Origin: Rozella allomycis CSF55
Lineage: Eukaryota
Length of the DNA: 49,722 bases
Direction of reading: 5' to 3'
Assembly: GCA_000442015.1 (NCBI GenBank)
Contig: KE560729.1
Location: 1-49,722 of the forward strand
In this document: positions 47,761 through 49,722 of the stretch, in pieces
How positions within the stretch are numbered: position 1 is the first letter of the stretch
Layout of the letters: each line of letters begins with the position of its first letter
Notes under the pieces: generated by a model
Told to the model about the DNA's origin: nothing
The model's input: only the letters and a program-made list of their open reading frames with translations
Database searches by the model: none
Position numbers and translations under genes: made by a program

Positions 47761-49722
47761 ATGCTTGATTGTTTTTCAGACATTGCCTTTTTAACCTTAT
47801 TTTATCGACAAAGTTACCGAAAAGATGTCGCATTGCAAAGCCTAAAAATTGAACAGACGAAATATAGCTCGTATCTTTAGTATTAGACAATGGTATAAAA
47901 ATTAGGTAATTAATCAGCAATTGATAATTTATTTTATATACAGATATAGATATATACATCTATATGCAATGTTGCTTTAACGTAAAGATAATGCTTGTTG
48001 GTGTTGACGACTGTACATAATGAATATTAATTTTGTTTTGTGGTTACGATGTAATTTGACGTCTTCGAAATGAAACATTGGGGGGCATTACTAGCAGCCG
48101 CCGGCATTCCTTCTCTAAGATATGTCTAGCAAAAGTGTACTCACACTGCCAGCCTATTATTATGTGCGTTAGTCAAGTGTGGGACAAAACAGCAGCGGTT
48201 GAGCAAAAGATATCACGACGCCATGGTCGGAGTGTATCGGGTGTACTGCGAACAAAGACATTTATTGTCAAAAAATGTTTTAACACGCGATAAAAGTGGC
48301 TTGAAGCCACAGGGAGGTTCTCTGTAACTTTTCAGAACGACAGGACTGTGCCTGTCATCGCCTGAATTCTGCGAAGATGCGTTTTACGGAAAGTGAGCCC
48401 CTTGGCATCATAAACGCAATCAATTATTATCTGCATTGTGTATCATTAAACAAGCAAGCAAGAAAGTTTCTCCGCACCACTAGTTGCGGCCTGTCAAAAG
48501 AACTATTTCTCTTTGGGCCTCAACAGTTGCAGATTTTTGGCATGTTGAGCAAATACCATTTTACCTCAAATTCACACTCACTTCAAGGGATTTACATCGT
48601 TGACCAGGGGGGTTGTCGAGTGGTGTGTGTTTCGCTGTGTATGTAACCAGTTTTTTGTTTCAGATTCTTCTCAATTGTGTTTATGAACTTTAAACACCCA
48701 ATATACCAAGTAATATGTATTTAGATTCCCTATAGTAAAGTTAGTTGTGGAGATAAGGGTGGCAGAAGGAATGTTGGATACTTGGATTGCTCATTAATAT
48801 CGCAACATTTGTGTTTATGACTCTACTTCCATTAGTAAATTGTTGTTTCATCTACTTTATTAGCGTTTTAGAGCCATTTGAATCGCTTGTGGTTTGAGTC
48901 CCATAGTGTAGCAAATGTAAAAAGTTTACAATCGAATTTATAATTATATTTATTAAAAGAAAAAGTTTTTTAGACATGTATTTATTAGAACAAAATAATG
49001 GAGATTTTTGGGATTCGTAGGAGGAATTCGAAATCGGTAAACGAAGGTCCCGAGCGAAGCTGATGAACTTCTAAAACAACTAGCACATAATTATAACCTC
49101 CCCGTGACCCCGTCTTTGCTAGATTTGTTACCAACCACCAATCATAATTAACTTCTGTAATCTGTTAAATGACCAATAAGAGACTGGCGCAAAAGCGACG
49201 GATTCCAAACAACCTTGACATAATGCTCGCGCTTGTGTTTTATGTATTATGAAAACATTTTTGGCGATAGTATGATGCACCAGCCAAATTGGAGAAAGAT
49301 GAATAAAATGTCTATTTTAAGTTGTTGCCCAATATTTTTATAATGGGCAATATATTACCAATATCCCCATTATTGATTGGCAGGTTTCTCCCAATGCTAA
49401 TTATTGATTGCAAGGTCCCCATGATATTGCAATTATTTTTTGTTTATCTCTGCATCAATTCATTGGTATTAAAAACATCAACTGCTGCCTTCTGCTTGCA
49501 CAAGTTGACGAATTCTTGAGCAATGAGATCACCATTCTTAGTCTTTGTGTACAGTGTTAATACATGTCCACGGAAAGTTTGTCTTTCTGTGTCTATTATA
49601 TCTGTTTTTTTTAGCGGTACATTAATACTAAGTCAATATTGGTCAACTCATGCACGTGCCGTCATATTGCCTATTTAGATATTAAATTTAAAATCATACA
49701 ATAGAACCAATATGTACGGTTC

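Noticed and set aside
49100-49600. Coding-like minus-strand fragments (MVDLIAQEFVNLCKQK...)
   Set aside because: Short and interrupted, with no recognisable motif, so no call is supportable.

Overview
AT-rich, very gene-dense eukaryotic DNA with about 27 protein-coding genes in the first 46 kb. These are interrupted by roughly 125 tiny spliceosomal introns (manual count), essentially all 26-32 nt. A fungal-type Gti1/Pac2 factor occurs together with flagellar/centriolar genes (SCLT1, IQCH, MORN2, TSNAXIP1-like), which points to an early-diverging zoosporic fungus or relative such as Rozella (inference). The last ~3.7 kb is gene-poor and holds a decayed PIF/Harbinger transposon and a tRNA-derived SINE-like element. 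Most single Ns are flanked by slightly diverged direct duplications that look like unmerged haplotype overlaps. The main finding is an apparently length-ruled splicing system. No intron needs to be shorter than 26 nt, and AG dinucleotides at intron positions 18-25 are skipped. AAG and GAG acceptors are common. Six introns (in SEN2, NCBP1, PSF3, IQCH twice and OSH3) have no AG in the 26-32 nt window and restore the frame only as GT-TG or GT-CG, ending at the first G at or after nt 26. The only long intron (57 nt, in UBA1) is two unit-length introns joined at AG|GT with no exon between them. Also notable are a divergent POLDIP2-like gene and AAATTT motifs at start codons in ultra-short divergent promoters.
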